64,000 nt of DNA from Podarcis liolepis. Lineage: Eukaryota. The notes beneath the pieces were generated by a model. The model searched no databases, had not been told where the DNA came from, and saw only the letters and a list, made by a program, of their open reading frames with translations. Positions 1 through 11,796 of this stretch are shown one piece after another. The translations under genes and the position numbers were made by a program. The stretch lies in the NCBI GenBank assembly GCA_965112155.1, contig OZ218106.1, one strand, 5' to 3'. Position 1 is the first letter of the stretch. The number at the start of each line of letters is the position of its first letter.

Positions 1-1141
1 CAGTTCCTGGTTCAAAATGTACCAGCATGTGTTTAGGGTAGAAAGTTTAGGAATATGTACATTGAGATAAAATTCATACTTAAATATGAATATTTGTATG
101 GACTTCTTTTTAAAATCAGATTAATGTTAAGATAGGACTGACCATGCTTAAGAGTAAATGCATGTAAAATTGACCCATGTCACTAGTGGACTGATCTATT
201 CATCGTTAAAATTCGGGGGCTGGGGGAGGTTTCTGGAGAGGGAAAGAAAAATAGTACTAGTTCTGCTCCTCCTTCACCTGAAACCTCCCTGTATAGTTTG
301 GAGAAGAGCCTTATTTTAACCTCATGACAATCTTCTCTTTGACCTTAATCCCCCTAATTAATCCCAATTATAGAACGTTGAGAGCTGTTACAAGCTCACC
401 CAGAACAATTTCCCTTTTTATCTAATAACACTCAACATTCTGTATCTCAGCTGCCTTCAGTATTCTGTAGGTCCTGGAAATTAAGGATTAGGTTCTTCTG
501 GGGGCTTCCCCCCTTACAACTAAAAACATTTCTGCAAACCTAAAAAAGTCCCTTGTTATGAAGAAAGTACTGTCCACTTTTTGGATTTCCCTGTTTCAGT
601 TCCAAACTGATAGTCATGAGGCTATGTAGGTTTGATTGGCGTGTGACCGCTGACGTGTATGCAGATTTTGGCCCCGGAAAGGGAGCAGGGGCAGGGTTAG
701 GGTTAAATGTGCATAAGTTGTAAATTACCTGTATCTAAAATATTGTTGTGGATATCTAATACTGAAAAAGGTTCTCAGGTGCTGGTATACAGCATTGTGA
801 CCTTGAGTTTATTGTGTTAGTCTCAGCATTTTGATCTATAGGTAGAACTAATAGTTATTTGTTTTTAGATTGCTTGGGAACATTTGTATTTTTTAATTAG
901 TAGTTCTAGTTTAGCTGAGGGAGCCCTTAACTATTCTCTTGTTGTTCTGTCCCTTGTGTTATGAAAGAGAGTAAAAGTAATTTACATTTCATGATAACAT
1001 TTGCTAGTGAATGAAAAGTGTACTAATTTGGATACATATAGTCGGAAAGGTTTGTAAATATTTTGAAGGAACTTCCTTAAAGCACATAATTTAGTTACTT
1101 GGAAGAACTCAATGCATGCTCAACTTATTTCACTTTCAGGT

Positions 1142-1219
1142 ATGTCAGAAAACAGCAAGAATCCAGAAACTGTTGATGAACTTCACCAGGCTCCAGAAGA
1201 ACTCCAGTCTGACTCTGAG
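1142..1219 (+). CDS. ARFIP1: Candidate alternative upstream coding exon of ARFIP1 (exon 1140-1219) encoding MSENSKNPETVDELHQAPEELQSDSE
   Basis: Acceptor cttatttcactttcAG ends at 1139, ATG at 1142, 26 open codons, phase-0 donor GAG|gtgatt at 1220. Splicing to 5645 gives GAG TGT TCA ATG GCT, in frame with the canonical start. Confidence 0.6.
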
Positions 1220-3814
1220 GTGATTGGGTGATACAAGTGGTTGTAGCTATTTAAAATCAACCAATCCAGTAACAGGCTCAGACTGGGGAGAAAATTGAAC
1301 CAATCTCTTTTAATTGTTCTTGATTATAACAGAATATTATTTGTCAAATTCAAAACATGATTAACTGAAAACAAATTAATTTTTACATTTGATTTTGTAT
1401 TGCCCCATTAAACAGCAAAGTATTCTTTCAGAGCATAGGAACAATAAGGATTTTATAGATAAGCTTGCAAGTGTTCTTGTTGTCCCTTAGCTTCATTTTT
1501 GTCCCCACAGGTTTTTGGGTGGTTGGGCCCACCTGGTGCTTTTTCAGGAAAGATATACATGACAGACATCTGTGAACTTATTGATCCAGATTCTTGTGTG
1601 TTTATAGAGAAATAATTAATAATAAGATAGAATCACAGATGCTAGATGGTTTGATAAGTCTTTCATCACTATGCCCTGGTACATAAAATCTCATAATAAC
1701 CCCCCACTGCTGTTCTTTGGCAAGATCTAGCTGAAAAGCTTTCAGTCGGCCAGGTAGAAGACAGGGGAGATAACATACCCATCTCCGGTATTTGCACCCT
1801 CATAATATGGATCTTTGGCTACCACTTATTTTGAGATTGAAAATGTTGCCTAGTCTCATCCTGAATTTGAGAGACTATTGCAGTTTCAGCTTTTGTTGTA
1901 AGGGCACAGCTTCCCCTTTTCGGGTAAGGAGCTTATTTGGTGCTTGAGTAACTTCTTGCAAAGTGTCCTATTAAGATGTGGAACAAAATAAAATGGCTGA
2001 ATCCTGCTCTTAAGTCTGTCCTTGAACAGCTACAACTGGTGCAAAATGCTCCAGGCCACTTTTAGGTGATTATATCCCGTTGTTGCTGCGTCAGTTGTAC
2101 TAGTTGTATCTTAGGATAAGGGCAGAGCCTTGTTGGTTGTGTCCCTGGTACTATGGCAAGCTCTGCATAGTGCAGTCCACCAGAGCTTACACCTGCAACT
2201 TTTAGAACAGTTGTGGGAAGTTCTGTTTTTCTATAAGGGGCCATACTCCCACTTGGTGCTGATCTCTTGGCAGCTGCATGTCAGTAGTGGGCAGGGACAT
2301 TCTCTTTCTGGAATGACTCGATCAAGAGAAACACAAACATCAGGCGAAGGTGGCTGCGCCCAACAGAGTCTCTAATGAATTGCTTTTTAACTTGTAAACT
2401 GCTTCACATGATGGTTGACTGCGAATGTTGGAGGAAGAGTCTGTACATTGTAAAGAACCCTGTGAGTAGTGGCTACTCAGTGTTGGGAGTAGAGGCTTGG
2501 CTTTGTTTTATCCCGAAATGCAGCTTGTTCCCATAGGAAGGAAGTGTCATTCATTTAGGTGGGGAAAATGGACATCACCAGGGCAGTGGCAAAGCATGTC
2601 TCTGGTGAGTGCCCAAGGTAAGAAGGGAGAGAAGTCTGCCTGGCTGAATGTGGAGCACAAAAATCTTCCATGCTGCTTTCACTCTAGCAGGGGTCGGGTC
2701 CATCAAAGCACGACATTATGCATGGTCAGCCAGTGAGCTTCATGACTGAGTGGGGATTCAAATTCTGGTTTCCTTGGTCCTAAAGCGACTTGATAACCAG
2801 TACACTACATAAGTGTGTTTGGGATTGAAGCCAGTTCCATTGGACTCAGTGGGGCTTACTTCTGAATAGACATGTACTGGCTGTAAATGAAGGATGATGA
2901 TGATGATGATGATAAATTTGTATACTGCCCCATACCTGCATGTCTCAGGGCAGTTCACAGGATAAAATCACAATATCAAAACACAAGAATGTCCCCTTTC
3001 CACCCAGTAAAGTGAGATGTGATAGGAAGGGTAGGACACTCATTCCTTCTTCCAGAAGTTCACTCAGCTTCCCTGCTCACTGCTGAGGAAGATAAACCTT
3101 TTCCTCTGCATCCACCTCAGAAACTACCAAAGCAGGGGCAGAGCAATCTGTCTTCCTTAAGCTCACCTGGCATCCCTCACAGACAGACCAGATTAAAAGT
3201 ATGTGGAGGGGGATGAGGAGACTGCAGGCTACATAGGAATGTGCCATGGGTAAGTTTTTATGTTGAGTCAGACTTCAGTACAGTTTGGTGGTGTCTCCCT
3301 TTGGCTTTGAGAAAGCAGGGAACACAACCCTAAATAAGCAAGACTTGTGATATAAAAGTATTTAAAATAATCATAGCTGGTTAAATTTTGACCTGACTGA
3401 TGTGATTTGGGGCATTTTGTGTTTAGGCTTCTTAAATTTTAGAACATGGTGCTATTGCGCTGAATTGTATAGCTGTAGGCTCAAAGGCTACTCGTGCCTC
3501 CAGAGTCATATAATGCATTGTAGATTTTATAGTGTGTACTAAAGTTTTATGAAGTGTCTTTTAATTTGTATTGAGAAACTTTTTATGGGTTTTTTGTTTT
3601 TTGTTTTTGCATAGAGCAACGCTTTTGATTACATCATAGAAAAAGTATTACACCTACGGAAAGTGATGCAATAATACCTTATTTCCTAGCATGAACATAG
3701 GATTGCATGTTGCTGGCAGGTGGATTTTATTCAGGAGACATACATGAGCAAAGAGAGAAGTGCATAACTGATAGCCTTCTTTCTACAATCTGTCTACTGG
3801 CAGAAAACAGAAAA

Positions 3815-4000
3815 GATTTGTTTATATATTGCATTTATATCCCAACCTTTCTGTGGGCAGGATTCAAGGAGCTCAAGGTGGCGTACATGGTTCTCCCTTC
3901 TGTCTGTTCTATCATTACAACAATCCTGTGAATTAGATTAGGCTGAGAGACTATTACTTACCCAAGGTCACGCAGAGAGCTTCATAGCCAACTGGGTATA
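3815..4000 (-). mobile_element. Old tRNA-SINE fragment (MIR/Squam3-related)
   Basis: gagctcaaggtggcgtacatggttctccc...caatcctgtga...ggctgagaga...cccaaggtcac...gagcttcat resembles the reverse complement of the SINEs at 35820 and 36609. Confidence 0.55.
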
Positions 4001-4523
4001 TGAAACCAACCGCAGTAGGTAAGGATTTTGCTAGCATATATTATGAAATCATGGTTCAGCATCAAGTGAACAGACTAGTAGAAGCCACAGAGAGGAGTGC
4101 CTTGGGAACTATTAAGCAGCATACATCAAACCATAATTTGGTTAAAACTATGGTTTAATATGACGTGCAAACCATGCCATTGCTTTAAGAACTGAATGCT
4201 ACATTTGATTGATGTGACCTGATCTGTGGCAAGGCAGGTCTGCTTGAATGACTATTACAATATGTCATAAATTGTAATTTACAGTTTACCCTTACCTGGC
4301 TTAACTAATACAGCTAGTGTCTTAGCACTTTCAGCACTGGTCACTCTGCATGATGTACTCTGTGGTGACTTGATTGGTTCAGGCTTTTACCACATAGTCA
4401 TGTGGACTCTTCGTTAGGTCCTTCCACAATCTAACAAAACCCAGAAGATGCAGAGAGATACTCTAGCCCATGGGGCATATGCCGTTTTGCAAAGATGAGC
4501 TAAAGTTACAGATAATAGCTATG

Positions 4524-4828
4524 TAGTGTTTTTCGCTCCATAAGATGCACATTTTTCCTCCTAAAAAGTAAGGGGAAATGTGTGTGCGTCTTATGGAGCG
4601 GATGGCGCTGCGCAGAGAGGGGGAGCTGCGCAGCGCCCCAGCGAAGCAGGAGGAGGAACAGAAGGGGCACCATTCCTCCTCCCGTTTCACAGGAGAGGCG
4701 CTGCGCAGAGAGGGAGAGGGTTGTTTATTAAATAGTTTAGTACAACATTTGATTCAGAATATTTTTTTTCTTGTTTTCCTCCTCTAAAAACTTACGGTCA
4801 GGTGTGTCTTACAGAGCGAAAAATACGG
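4524..4828. mobile_element. Non-autonomous Tc1/mariner (Tc2-like) TIR element, left end decayed
   Basis: Right end GCGAAAAATACGG followed by TA; left end tttttcgctccataagatgcac; subterminal sequence shared with the copy at 9374. Confidence 0.8.
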
Positions 4829-5653
4829 TAGCTTACACGTGTGCATTAGTCTTTTGATTTGCTTTCAGTACCTTATAAAAACAGATGCCATAGTTACATG
4901 AGTTTTGACTAATAAAATTGCAGGTGTTGTGTGAAAGAGGAAACAGTTTGCCGGTAAACTACTTATTCAGCTGTTTACAGTATCAAAATTGTACATCTGC
5001 TGAGATTAAATATATAACCTATTATAATACTCCAGTGTTAATGTGGGAACACCATGGGAGGTAAGTGAACAGCCGTTGGTTGGCCTTAGTCTTATGTACA
5101 CTTTTATAGAGAAGCTGGGGAAACTAGAGTTTTACCTGGCACTGTGACAATCGGGTGCTTGATCAGATGCACTCATCAGCCTTACGGGCATTAATATTTG
5201 AGGCTGCACAACAAGAGGCAGATGACTCACATGCGGTGCAGTTCTCTTAAGTCCTTCTGTGAGCATCTTTTGATAACTGAAAAGGGTTGCCATGTACCAA
5301 AGTAAAAATAAATATTATGCTGTTTGGTAATGTTAAGTGACAGGAATATCTAATGTACTGTGACTAGGAGGCAGAAGTTACTATGTGGGCCATCAATTGT
5401 TTTTATGTGTGTCTAGCACTGGGGTGGGAGCAGACTGACCTGAACAAAGGGTACTTGATCTACTACTTGCTTTTTGTTTAGGAGACTGAATAATTTAACA
5501 AGCTATGTTTCATAGGATCATTGTGTTGGGATCTGCAAATATCCTCTTTGTGGTTCAGTGAAATGTGGTAGTTTAGCGAAATAGGTAAACATTTAATATT
5601 AATATCATTTTATAACACTCAACATATTTCTCTTCAAACTATAGGAGTGTTCA

Positions 5654-5746
5654 ATGGCTGAAGAATCTCCCAAAAATTCAGCAGCAGAGATTTCTGTGAC
5701 AAGTAATGGAGAACTTGAAGATACACATGAGCACAACTATAACAGG
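5654..5746 (+). CDS. ARFIP1: Arfaptin-1 first canonical coding exon (exon starts 5645), MAEESPKNSAAEISVTSNGELEDTHEHNYNR
   Basis: Translation matches the vertebrate ARFIP1 N-terminus (MAQESPKNSAAEIPVTSNGE...). Acceptor tatag ends at 5644; donor AGG|gtatga. Confidence 0.96.
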
Positions 5747-7958
5747 GTATGAGGCATAACTAAGCAGTTTAACAATATGTATAATAGCAATGGTTTTTAG
5801 TGTTTGAGTTTAATATATTTTCTCAGCTAGTGGCTTAATATTTTTCATGGGGAGTGTTACTTTTTGAATGATGAATTTGCACATATTTAGATCAGCTCAA
5901 AATGGGGTTTTTCTATTGTTAGTTTTTTTAAAAAAGCTTTTTGCTTTTAAAATTATTTTTGCTTTAAAAAACAGAATCCGTGGTACTGTAAGTTGCCTAG
6001 TGGCATTTTGCATTGGGCAACACATATTAATATTAATAAATAATGATGATGATGATAAAAGTATAGTGTAAATTAAATCTCTGAGCATTATACTAATAAT
6101 CAAATTAGATTAATGCCTGGAGCAAGCAAATTCTAGGGTGAAAGTATTGCCTAGATTAATCTAATGTTCTCCTGCTTGGAGAAGGCTTGCCAGCCTTTTG
6201 TCTAGAGATGAATATAGGTTTTATCCTTTCAAATCGCAAGATATGTTGCAAATAACTCTATAAAAGTAATAAAACATAGAAGAGTAAGATGCTGTAATGT
6301 TTTAATTTCTTGCAGTTAAAGTTATTTGTAGATTTCATTTAATATTTTCTAGAGTATAATTTGTTTTGATTGTTGGGAATAAGGAAAGTCCAATATCCAG
6401 GTGAATAAATAAGAGAATCTGAGAACGTATTAGACTGCTAGACTATTCAGGTTATTCTCTCCTTGTTGACTCCAACTTTAGTTGTATTTTGAAACATTAG
6501 CTTTCTGGGACTTGAAATATATGCTTAATTTCTATCAAGTTGTGGTGACCAGGAATTTTGCTTGGGTAGGTAGGGCTTGTTAATACAGGCAGGATGAGAA
6601 TATGTGGCTGCAAGTACATGAGGCACAAGGCTTCCCAACCTCAAGCCACAAAGGGATGGGGAGGAGAGCAAGAGCTATATGCTTCAGCCACCACCCACCC
6701 ACAAACACCTCCCTTCCAGCACCAGACTCACGGGACCAGTATGTTTTGCAAGCAGAGTAGGAATGTGCTGCCACCTCCCTCCAGCACCCGTTGATTATGA
6801 TTGCTATTTGAAATAGCATTCCATTGATACTAACTGATGGGATCATGATGCCGTGTCAGTTTGAACTTGAGGATTCTGTCTTAACTGCTTTGTGAATCAG
6901 ACAATTAATGTAGCTGCAGTGATTTGAGAGAACAGGAGGAAAAGAATATCTAAGTATTGCTTTCTTTGCTGAGAGTGATAGGGGAGGTGTGGGAGCAAGT
7001 GGTGGTGGGGTGACTGTAAATGGCAGGATAGCAGAGTGTTGCGGCAGTCCTAGATGTCTGCTCAGATGTAAGCCCCCATTGACTTCACTCCCATGTAAGT
7101 GAGTATGGAGTTGCCGCCTGAATTCTGAAGGTTTGTTATTGATGGGAAGGATGAAAAAAGGTTCGTCTAGGTGGCTATGGAGAGGCTGGTCAAAGTAATA
7201 AGTGATGAAAATCAGTGCTGAGGGTGTAGAAATCTTTTGCATATGTGTCCTTGTTTTGCATGCTTTCTTTGAAGTTAATTATTTTTAACTTTCTTAGAAT
7301 GTTTTCTGTGTTACTCCTTTTTGCAAAGAGCACCTTTTTCTGGCTGCAGGAGACCTACAAATATGGTGTGTGTTGGTTATTAGGGCTTATCTTCTGGATA
7401 TGTAAAAGTATCATGCTCCCATTAAAATTATCCATAAGCAGGCTAGCAACTTTTGTTGGCTTATTTACAAGGCTGACATTGTTAAGTGAAATATTCTTGC
7501 CGAATAGGGATTGCTATTGTAAAATAAACACTGCATGAATAAAATGAAATTGTAACATACTTTTGTGTCCGCTAGGGGCTGCTCTGGTATAGGCTGTGTG
7601 GTTTGAGGGATAACCTCTTTCAGACTTGAAAAAGTCTTATGTTTTATACCTAGCTGGTTGGCTGTGCCCATAAAATGTTTGTAGAATCATCTGCTGCCTC
7701 TGTAAAAGTAGGAGAGCACTTTCAACAACTATTGAGGGAGATCAGATCTATTAATTTTCAGAGGGGAAGGAACGTACCAATATGAGAGGATGTGGCAGGG
7801 CGTTTTCCAGTTTATTTAAAGATTTTATAAAGCCTTGCTGCCACTTCATGTCAGTGGAGCTGCAATTTGCAGCCTAGCAGTGTTGCAATATGCTGCTACA
7901 GAATGGATCTATGGAAAAAATGGGGGCAGCCCTTCCCATTGTGTCATTCTGTGTAGGA

Positions 7959-8192
7959 CAGGGGTCAGCAGACTTTTTCAGCAGGTGGCCGGTCCACTGT
8001 CCCTCAGACCTTGTGGAGGGCCAGACTATTTTTTTGGGGGGGGAGAATGAATTCCTATGCCCCACAAATAACCCAGAGATGCATTTTAAATAAAAGCACA
8101 CATTCTACTCATGTAAAAACACGCTGATTCCCGGACCATCCGAAGACGATTGGGCCATATCCGGCCCCCGGGCCTTAGTTTGCCTACCCGTG
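7959..8192. mobile_element. Non-autonomous hAT element
   Basis: Ends CAGGGGTCAGCAGACT and AGTTTGCCTACCCGTG; 8-bp TSD gtgtagga/gtgtggga. Confidence 0.8.
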
Positions 8193-8395
8193 GTGTGGGA
8201 TGTTACAATGCTGCTGCTGCTGTTACTTAAAACGGTGCCAAGGCTTTTGATTGAAGGAAATCATTATTGCCTGTCTGTCAGAAGGATTTCCTAAACACAT
8301 ATAGTTGTTTTGATTTTGTGTGGAGTGCCCTACCTGGGTGGATGGAGCAGCCAAGTAATTTCGTTGTCCCCGAGAGGGGGCAATGACAATAAAGA

Positions 8396-8448
<53 letters not shown>
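8396..8448. repeat. (TTA)n microsatellite, probably a retroposon tail
   Basis: ~17 perfect units directly after aataaaga. Confidence 0.95.
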
Positions 8449-8449
<1 letters not shown>

Positions 8450-9565
8450 ATGAATCTTGCTTCCCCTTCATCAGCCCCAGTTCTTCCCTCCATATTTGTA
8501 AAAGCGTTGTTTAGAGTATAGGATGTTAATCATTGTTTTATTGATTTCTAGAGATTCAATTTCCCTTCTTTTTTGTTCTATGAGTTTAAGGAGGTTTTTT
8601 GCTCCTGTTTGTAGTGTGATGAGAGGGTCATAATTTATTGTTCTAATTTACCAATTTTGGGGGTTTGTTTTTTAAGGGATTCTCTCTCCTTTATCCAGGC
8701 TCCTCTGGTGACCACTTTCATTGTGTCCCAGAGGAGGGGGTTATTATGTTGCCCACATAATTGTCCTTAAAGTATCTTTGGAGAGTTTTCAAGAGACTCT
8801 CTAGCCAGTTGGTTTGTGATCAGGACGGGGCTGAAGGACCGTGATGGGGTTGTTTGTGTTTCCTTTCCTATTTTGAGAGTAACTTCTACTGAGGTGTGCT
8901 CTATGATTTTAATGTTACCAATGTTTGTTGTTTTTACCACGGGGAACAGGCCTCGTGTGAGCTGAATTCTGTCCAGTCTGGACATTGTTCCATGGCATTC
9001 AAACTGGAATGTGTGGCTGGTGTCTTCTAGGTTCTTTTCTCCCTGGATGTCATAAAGGCCTCTGTTTCTTTGAATTCTCAGTAGTTTGTAAGAGTCTCTA
9101 ATTGTTTGGGGTTTCCCACTGAGGAAGGTTGCCCATGGGGTTGTAGGATGGATGTCTTTTAGGGAGGTGCCTCTCGTATTTAGGTTGAGGTCATCTCCTA
9201 GGATTGCTTCCCCTTTGGAGGAGGAGAGGAATTTGCTTAGTGTCTTTTGGATGAACTCTAGTTGTTTTGTGTTTGGGGCATTTATGGATCCATTTGTCAG
9301 TTTAGTTTCCCATCTAGTACCCCTTTAGCAAAAATGAATCTGCCTTTTAGCACTGTTGTGGCTTTAAAATTTACCGTATTTTTCGCACCATAGGACGCAC
9401 TTTTTCCCTCCTAAAATGTAAGGGAAAATGTGTGTGCGTCCTATGGAGCGAATGCAGGGGTGAGGCAGGCGGGAAAAGCCCCCAAGAGCCGCACACAAGC
9501 TCTGTGCGCTCTTGCGGGCTTTTCCACAGGAGGGAGAAGGGACTGACTGGCCGCATCAGTCCCTT

Positions 9566-9862
9566 CTCCCACCTCCCAGAAAAGCCAGGAGAAGCCGCGA
9601 TCTCTTTAAAGGGGTTGCGCGGCTTTTGCGGGCTTTTGCGAGAGGTGAGGGAATTCCCCCACCTCCCAGGAAAGCCAGGAGAAGCCGTGCAGCCCTTTTA
9701 AAGTGTGCGCGGCTTCTGCCGGTTTTGCGGGAGGTGGGGGAATTCCCCCACTTCCCAGGAAAACCAGGAGAAGCCGCAATCTCTTTAAAGGGGTTGCGCG
9801 GCTTCGGCGGGCTTTTGGGAGAGGTGAGGGAATCCCCCCACCTCCCAGGAAAGCCAGGAAAG
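9566..9862. repeat. ~90-bp tandem repeat, ~3.3 copies, each an imperfect palindrome
   Basis: cccacctcccaggaaagccaggagaagccg recurs at ~9568, 9658, 9747 and 9837. Confidence 0.9.
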
Positions 9863-9864
9863 CC

Positions 9865-10460
9865 CCGGCAAGGAGAGGCTGCACGGGGCTAAAGGGGAAG
9901 CCAAAACAGCGAGCGGGATCCATCCCGCTGGCTGCCTTGGCTTCCTCCATAGCTGCGTGCAACCCCTCCGGCAAGGAGAGGCTGCACGGAGCTATGGATT
10001 CTGTAGCCCCACGCAGCCTCTCCCGGGAGGGAGAGGCTGCGCGGTGCTAAAGGGGAAGCCAAAACAGCAGGCGGGATCCATCCCACTGGCTGCCTTGGCT
10101 TCCTCCATAGCTGCGTGCAACCCCTCCGGCAAGGAGAGGCTGCACGGAGCTATGGATTCTGTAGCCCCACGCAGCCTCTCCCGGGAGGGAGAGGCTGCGC
10201 GGGGCTAAAGGGGAAGCCAAAACAGCGAGCGGGATCCATCCTGCTCGCTGCCTTGGCTTGTGCCATAGCCGCGCGCAACCCCTCCGGCAAGGAGAGGCTG
10301 CACGGAGCTATGGATTCTTTAGCCCCACGCAGCCTCTCCCGGGAGGGAGAGGCTGCACGGGGCTAAAGGGGAAGCCAAAACAGCGAGCGGGATCCATCCT
10401 GCTCGCTGCCTTGGCTTGTGCCATAGCCGCGCGCAACCCCTCCGGCAGGGAGAGGTTGTG
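9865..10460. repeat. 158-bp tandem repeat, ~3.6 copies
   Basis: gctaaaggggaagccaaaacagc starts at 9888, 10046, 10204 and 10362. Confidence 0.95.
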
Positions 10461-11753
10461 CGCAGCCTGTACGCTGCTCTTTGGGGCTGGGGGGGGAATA
10501 TTTTTTTTCTTGATTTCCCCCCCTAAAAACTGGGTGCGCCCTATGGTCCGGTGCGCCCTATGGTGCGAAAAATACGGTAGGTCTCTACTGAGTACTATGA
10601 CTACCCCGCAGACCTTACCTGAGCCAGGGGCCACCCATTGTTGACTGAAGCAGGGTTCACTCAGGAGTTTGCTTCCTGTATTTGTATTTCCTGTAGAAAG
10701 GCAATGTATGATTTCATTGTGCTTACATACGAGGTGATGTGTTTTCTTTTGATAGGGTTTCCCAGTTCCCTCAAGTTTAGTACAGTTGCTTTTAAGCTAG
10801 CCATTTTGTATGTCTGTTATATGTGATGTTTTCCTGCCAACCCGTCTGGGTTGTCCTGTGTGTATCTCCCCTTACATTGTCTGTCAAACCTAGAGTGTTG
10901 TGCCGACATACAATGTGGGAGAAGGGGAGTTAGGGTTAGAGATGGGCTGAATAGTGGGGGGATATGTTATAGAGGGTAGCCTATATGTAGTTATATGAGT
11001 GTTTGTTTGGGGTAGCTTGGACCATTTGGATTCCAGCCTGTTGGTCCGGTCACCCATATTAATAACAGTTAAAGCTACAGGCAGCTGAGAATAGGCATCA
11101 TTCATTTTTATGTTTCTTTGTGGATTTTGGTCATTGTCAACTCTGCATTTCAAAGAGTTGCCAGTGAATTACATTAAAGTGACAAAAGGTTGGTGAGAGA
11201 GTTGTCTATAAAGCAGGTGCCCTATTCCAACCAGGCCTTGAAAAAGTTACAGAAACTATACATGTTTTTTAAAACCTTTTAAAGCATCGAGCTAAAAATT
11301 GAGATATGGGTAGGCTTTTGGCATGGTTTTTTGTGCCTATTATGGTCATTAACATTGTGGTTTTGAAACTAATGCTGACAACCTTTCTCAATAGAGGCTG
11401 GATCTCTTGATTAGAGATTAAAGCCTTAATCCCTGGTGTTTGTTCATTGCTATAAGACTTTGGCACTTAGTTGAAAACAAGAAAATGTTTCAGATGTGCC
11501 AGAAGTTGGGTGTGGTAAGGGGATGAGAGTGACTCTAGGGAGGAATATTGTACAGAGGTCCCACAGAGCAGCATACTTCTATAGAGCATTAGCAGAATGG
11601 GCAAGTAACAGAATGATTCAGAAAACCGAGATTTGTACCTGGGAATAAAGTTGAGAAAGCCACTGAAAAGCAAATCTGGTTCATATCTTTATCAAATCTT
11701 GTTGAGGGTATTTAAGGGGATTTACCAGGGCTGAGGGGAACACCATAAGTCAG

Positions 11754-11796
11754 CTCTCTCTCTCTCTCTCTCTCTCTCGCTCTCACTCTCTCTCTC
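11754..11796. repeat. (CT)n microsatellite
   Basis: Direct reading. Confidence 0.9.

Larger units (their letters stand above)
9374..10577. mobile_element. Non-autonomous Tc1/mariner (Tc2-like, CCGTATTT ends) element with GC-rich tandem-array cargo
   Basis: 27-bp TIRs CCGTATTTTTCGCACCATAGG(A/G)CGCAC, 26/27 match, with TA on both sides; no transposase ORF. Confidence 0.92.
8450..10810 (-). mobile_element. Decayed L1-clade LINE ORF2 (AP-like endonuclease and linker), interrupted by the element at 9374-10577
   Basis: Minus-strand translation gives endonuclease motifs in order: MASLKATVLNLRELGNPIKRK (ATG 10804), INAPNTKQLEF, ILGDDLN, GLYDI...HTF...HGTMSRLDRI, LWDTMKVVTRG. Frameshifts and decayed catalytic residues are present. 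Confidence 0.85.

Noticed and set aside
692-706. Interstitial telomeric repeat (GGGTTAGGGTTA)
   Set aside because: Only two units, too short to call; kept only as part of the G4 motif.
1-1100. TIGD4, the neighbour upstream of ARFIP1 in mammals
   Set aside because: No long pogo-type transposase ORF in the window; if present it lies upstream of position 1.
9566-10460. CRISPR-like array of palindromic repeats
   Set aside because: Units repeat in full with no unique spacers, there are no cas genes, and the context is a vertebrate intron.
9371-10644. Overlapping 60-128 aa ORFs with repeated peptides
   Set aside because: By-products of GC-rich tandem repeats; open on both strands, no transposase or other domain, mostly non-ATG starts.
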